The notes beneath the pieces were generated by a model. The model searched no databases and was not told where the DNA came from. It saw only the letters and a program-made list of their open reading frames with translations. From Eledone cirrhosa (taxonomy: Eukaryota), in assembly GCA_964016885.1 (NCBI GenBank), contig OZ024765.1, positions 9,300,001 to 9,364,000 of the forward strand: 64,000 bases of DNA, read 5' to 3'. Made by a program: the position numbers and the translations under genes. Shown here in pieces: positions 59,852-64,000 of the stretch (positions are counted from its first letter, which is position 1; the number at the start of each line of letters is the position of its first letter).

Positions 59852-60493
59852 GCATATATATATATGTATATATACATATTTCGTTTCTGAATTTGTTTAG
59901 CAAGATTCTTTACACAGAATCACACACAGCTATCACTCCATCTCCTGGTCATTGTGGGGGGGGGGGGGGGGTCATTCATTTGGACACTCAGTGGACCAAT
60001 TTGTCAAGATAAACACACAATAACACCGAAATCCCTAAACGCTTAACCTCCTCCCTAAACAACTAAACACCATCGTCTCTCGCCTCATCTTTAACCACAC
60101 CCCACTAGTCCATCCTGCTTAGCTTATTCTATTGCAGCTTCTCCTACCTTAATATAAGGTAGGGAGAGGGAAGAGTCAAACAGAGAACCACTAACCACCC
60201 TCCACATTAATTATATGTTAATTATACTAAACCACTACCTCAACCGCTAATCTTTCATTCCCTACGCAGATATCTTTCTCCCTTTCACCTATCTTCGTTC
60301 ATTTTTCGTTCCTTTTCTGGTTGTCATTCTTCAATTGCCATCCTATGGTCTCAGGTCCATTGCTTTAATGCGGATGACCTGCTGTTACAATAACATGGAA
60401 TCGAAGGGCCTTCCCCGGTTCAAAATCGGTCCTTCACTTTCTATTTGTGTTTGTCAAAATCCTGTTCTTTTATATAACTAATCCTGCAATTTA

Positions 60494-60573
60494 ACACCTG
60501 ATGAAATCGCCTGTGTCTTGCATTATATTCCGATGATGAAGCAAGGACATTGAAATATGTACGAGTATAGTGT
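60494..60573 (+). ncRNA. Type I HHR, family K, in a probable PLE 3' end (about 59880-60633)
   Basis: ACAC-CUGAUGA-..UGUCUUGC..GCAAGGACA..-GAAA-UAU(GUACGA)GUA-UA-GUGU; upstream ..TITPKSLN* weakly recalls a GIY-YIG C-terminal T..P.GLN. Confidence 0.72.
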
Positions 60574-60632
60574 CGTCACGGAATTAAAATTATAAAGTTT
60601 CCAGTCCGGTCTTCTCTTGTTGTTTTTAACGA

Positions 60633-60750
<118 letters not shown>

Positions 60751-60933
60751 AAAACAGATTAAAGTTTAGGCAAAGAATCGCTGCTTTCACCCTTAACGGG
60801 ATCTTCTGAAGTTTCAGAATTCAGAAGATTTTAATAAATATTTGCTCTATGGTTTTATATATTTTTATATATGTATTATCTTTATCGAGCCCTCTTTGGA
60901 TTTTAGTCTTCAGATTTATTATTATTACTATAT

Positions 60934-60988
<55 letters not shown>

Positions 60989-60992
<4 letters not shown>

Positions 60993-61201
60993 CCCGGATT
61001 TAATCGGGGGTAACCACAGTAAATACTCAATTTGTTAGTAGAGTGTAAACGTCATGTTTAATATAGAAATGGCTTCTACAGGACTAAAACTGTTTTATTT
61101 AAAAGAAATCATCAGGAAAGCCAACCGTTTTGTAAGGACAGTTGGCTTTCCTGGTGATTTCTTTTGAATGAAACAGTTCTAGTCCTGTAGAAGCCATTTC
61201 T
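60989..61201. mobile_element. PLE family E hairpin insertion; both HHR cores mutated
   Basis: Inverted arms 61066-61125 and 61142-61201; G12A on the - copy, A6G on the + copy. Confidence 0.8.
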
Positions 61202-61219
61202 CTCTCTCTCTCTCTCTAT

Positions 61220-61316
<97 letters not shown>

Positions 61317-61393
61317 GCTGCCGATCGATGTTCTGTTTTAAGCACCGAAACATCTATGATTCGTAGTAAACAGCTGATGAAGGGTTACTTTTC
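61317..61393 (+). ncRNA. Strand-permuted HHR-like motif, family P
   Basis: GCUG-CC-GAUC-GAUGU-U-CUGUUU-linker-GAA-ACAUC-UAU-GAUU-CG-UAGU-AAACAG-CUGAUGA-AGG. Confidence 0.55.
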
Positions 61394-61483
61394 TTCTCTT
61401 GTTCACGTCCCTATTACCATCTTACACTCTTTGTTTACAGTAACCACACAGCCTGCCTCATATATATATATATATATATATAT

Positions 61484-61810
61484 CTAAGGCGGGTAAAATT
61501 CCCGAGATCCATGGACGAGTTCTCTCCAGCGGTCTCTGTCCCTCATTATCGCTGCCATGTTCTGCGTCTCCAACAGACCAGTGTCTGTCCTTAGGGCATC
61601 AACATACGTTAACCTTGGTCTTCCTCTTCTAGTGTGTCCATGTAGGGGCTTCCACAAGAGCACTGAGTGCAATGTCAACTCTGGATGTCGGTGAGCATGT
61701 CCAGCCAACCTCAGTCTCCTCTGTGTCACTTTTGAGCTGACTTTTGGGATGCTCCCATACAGCTCTGAGTTTTTCATCCTCAGTGTATACTGATTAATGT
61801 TCAGAGCCAT
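61484..61810 (-). mobile_element. Near-identical copy of the RTE fragment at 7464-7846
   Basis: Same sequence with few substitutions and the same 3' end in (TA)n. Confidence 0.85.
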
Positions 61811-61946
61811 ATATAGAATTAGCCGTCGAAACGGCTTGAGCTCAGCCGTCGGGGTCTTACTGGTTCCTATTACCCACTCTACTACCCTAAGTATTGAGTA
61901 CTTTGGTGCGTTATGGTCCATCTGGTTCCTTACCACATTTCCTTCG

Positions 61947-61980
<34 letters not shown>

Positions 61981-62586
61981 CATCTCATTATATATATATA
62001 TATATAATGAGATGCAATGAAATGCAAGCAGGGCGTTACAATTGAAAAAGAAAACAAGCTCAGTTTGTTTGATTGAAGCTAAACGAAAGATCGTATTAAA
62101 TAGAATAGGAAAATTCAACACATGCAGACGACAAGAAGTAAAATGGTTGAGCGCGAAGTAGAGAAGGGTAACGAGAAGAGTGTCGAGAAAAAGCGAGAGT
62201 ACAGAAGAGAAGAGACGTGAGTACAGAAGAGAAAAGAAAAAACAGGATTGAGGGAGGGGTGGGGGAGAATGTCGGTGTGGGAAGTGAAAAGTGTTTGAAA
62301 ATAATAGATTAGAAATGAAAATGAGAGAGAAAGAGATGGGAGGGGAAGTGATTAGAGGAAAGAGTTTGTAGAAATAGACTGGGAGAGGGGGAGGGGCATG
62401 GAGGAGAAAGAGGGGGCGGAGAGAGAGTGGAGAGAGAGGGGGAGTTTGCGGGGAGAGAAGAGCTAGAAATAGAGAGATATGGGGGGGGGGGGGGTGAAAG
62501 AGGAAGATGATGAGGAGGGAGAGACAGAGGAAAAGTGTGAGGAGGAAGAGAGAGAAAGTGAAAGAGAAGGAAAAAACGTGACGAGG

Positions 62587-62632
<46 letters not shown>

Positions 62633-62832
62633 GGGAGAGGGAGAGAGTTAGCGAGAGAGGAAGAAAATGAGTGAGAAGGAGATATATAGAGAGGAGAGAG
62701 AGAGATAGTGAGGAGAATGAGAGAGAGAGAGAGAGAGAGAGTGAGGGAGATAGAGGAGAGAGTGAGAGAGATAGTGAGGAGGGAGAGAGTGTGAGAGAGA
62801 TAGTGAGGAGAGAGAGAGAGAGAGAGAGAGAG

Positions 62833-62863
<31 letters not shown>

Positions 62864-62894
62864 TGAGAGAGAGAGAGAGTGTGAGAGAGACAAT

Positions 62895-62930
<36 letters not shown>

Positions 62931-62937
62931 CAATGAA

Positions 62938-62968
<31 letters not shown>

Positions 62969-63532
62969 CAATGAAAGAGTGAGAGAGACAGAGAGGGCGA
63001 GAGAAATATGGGGGGGGGGCGATAGAAGGGGGAAGATGAAATGAAAATAAACGAAGGGAAAAATAGAATATTAAGTGTGAACATGCATGCGATGAAATCT
63101 AAAATTTGGTTGATTTATGCAGAAGACACAGAGATAAAGGACGCAGACGACATGAAGATGGCGGTCTTTACCTGACATCTTTGCCTGCAAGTCAACAACA
63201 ATGTTATTTAATATGATAAATATACGTTAAACATGACAGATTTTTTCGTTCATGATATATCTTTAAGAGCAATGGCGGATAAGTGTCAACGTAGCAGATG
63301 CAACAACATCAATAGCAACAACAGCAACGACAGAAATGAAAGCAACAATAACAGCAACGATAGGAACAATAGCAACGACAGCAACAACGACATGGAGCAA
63401 TAGCGACGACAATAGCAAAAACAGCAACGACAACAATAGTAACAACAACAACAACAACAACAACAACTGCAACCATTGCAACAGTAGTAACAACAACAGC
63501 AATAGTAACAAGAGCAACGACAGGAACAATAG

Positions 63533-63563
<31 letters not shown>

Positions 63564-64000
63564 AGTAACGACAGCAACAGCAACTGCAACAATAACAACA
63601 ACATCTGCAACAACAACAGTAACAACAACAACAACAACAACAACATCTGCAACAACAACAACAACAACAACAGTAACAACAACATCTGCAACAACAACAA
63701 CAACAACAGTAACAACAACAACTGCAGCAACAACAATAGTAACGACAGCAACAGCAACTGCAACAATAACAACAACATCTGCAACAACAACAGTAACAAC
63801 AACAACAACAACAACAACATCTGCAACAACAACAACAACAACAACAGTAACAACAACATCTGCAACAACAACAACAACATCTGCAACAACAACAACAACA
63901 ACAACAGTAACAACAACAACTGCAGCAACAACAACAACAACAACAACAACATCTGCAACAACAACTGCAACAATAGTAATAACAACAACAGTAACAACAA

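Noticed and set aside
61484-61936. 150-aa ORF as a gene
   Set aside because: Chance fusion of an antisense family A fragment with a truncated RTE ORF.

Overview
AT-rich eukaryotic genomic DNA saturated with microsatellites. The SINE/LINE repertoire and (AT)n/(GT)n density suggest a coleoid cephalopod, probably an octopus; this is inferred from recalled repeat families, not from a search. Nearly all listed ORFs are translations of simple repeats. One convincing host coding segment is present: a terminal exon (5123-6333, +) encoding a transmembrane helix and a Ser/Lys/Arg-rich tail with 10-aa repeats, followed by a 24-bp minisatellite. The rest consists of 5'-truncated non-LTR retrotransposons (RTE, CR1/L2, R4/Dong-like, CRE-like), at least four SINE families and several young tandem arrays (74, 60, 52 and ~24 bp units). 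The main hidden layer is a set of more than 20 hammerhead-ribozyme (HHR) motifs from about a dozen sequence families. They lie in short fragments inserted in (AT)n tracts, often as inverted-repeat hairpins, which is the signature of Penelope-like element (PLE) pseudo-LTRs. Three HHR variants stand out. (1) A family (21747-21826, 61317-61393, partial 9298-9335) whose helices III and I and both core motifs occur in a strand order matching none of types I/II/III, with covarying helices. (2) A family with a fixed U4A core change (CAGAAGA). (3) A U3:A8 compensatory core variant. All structures were paired by eye; no folding program or database search was run.
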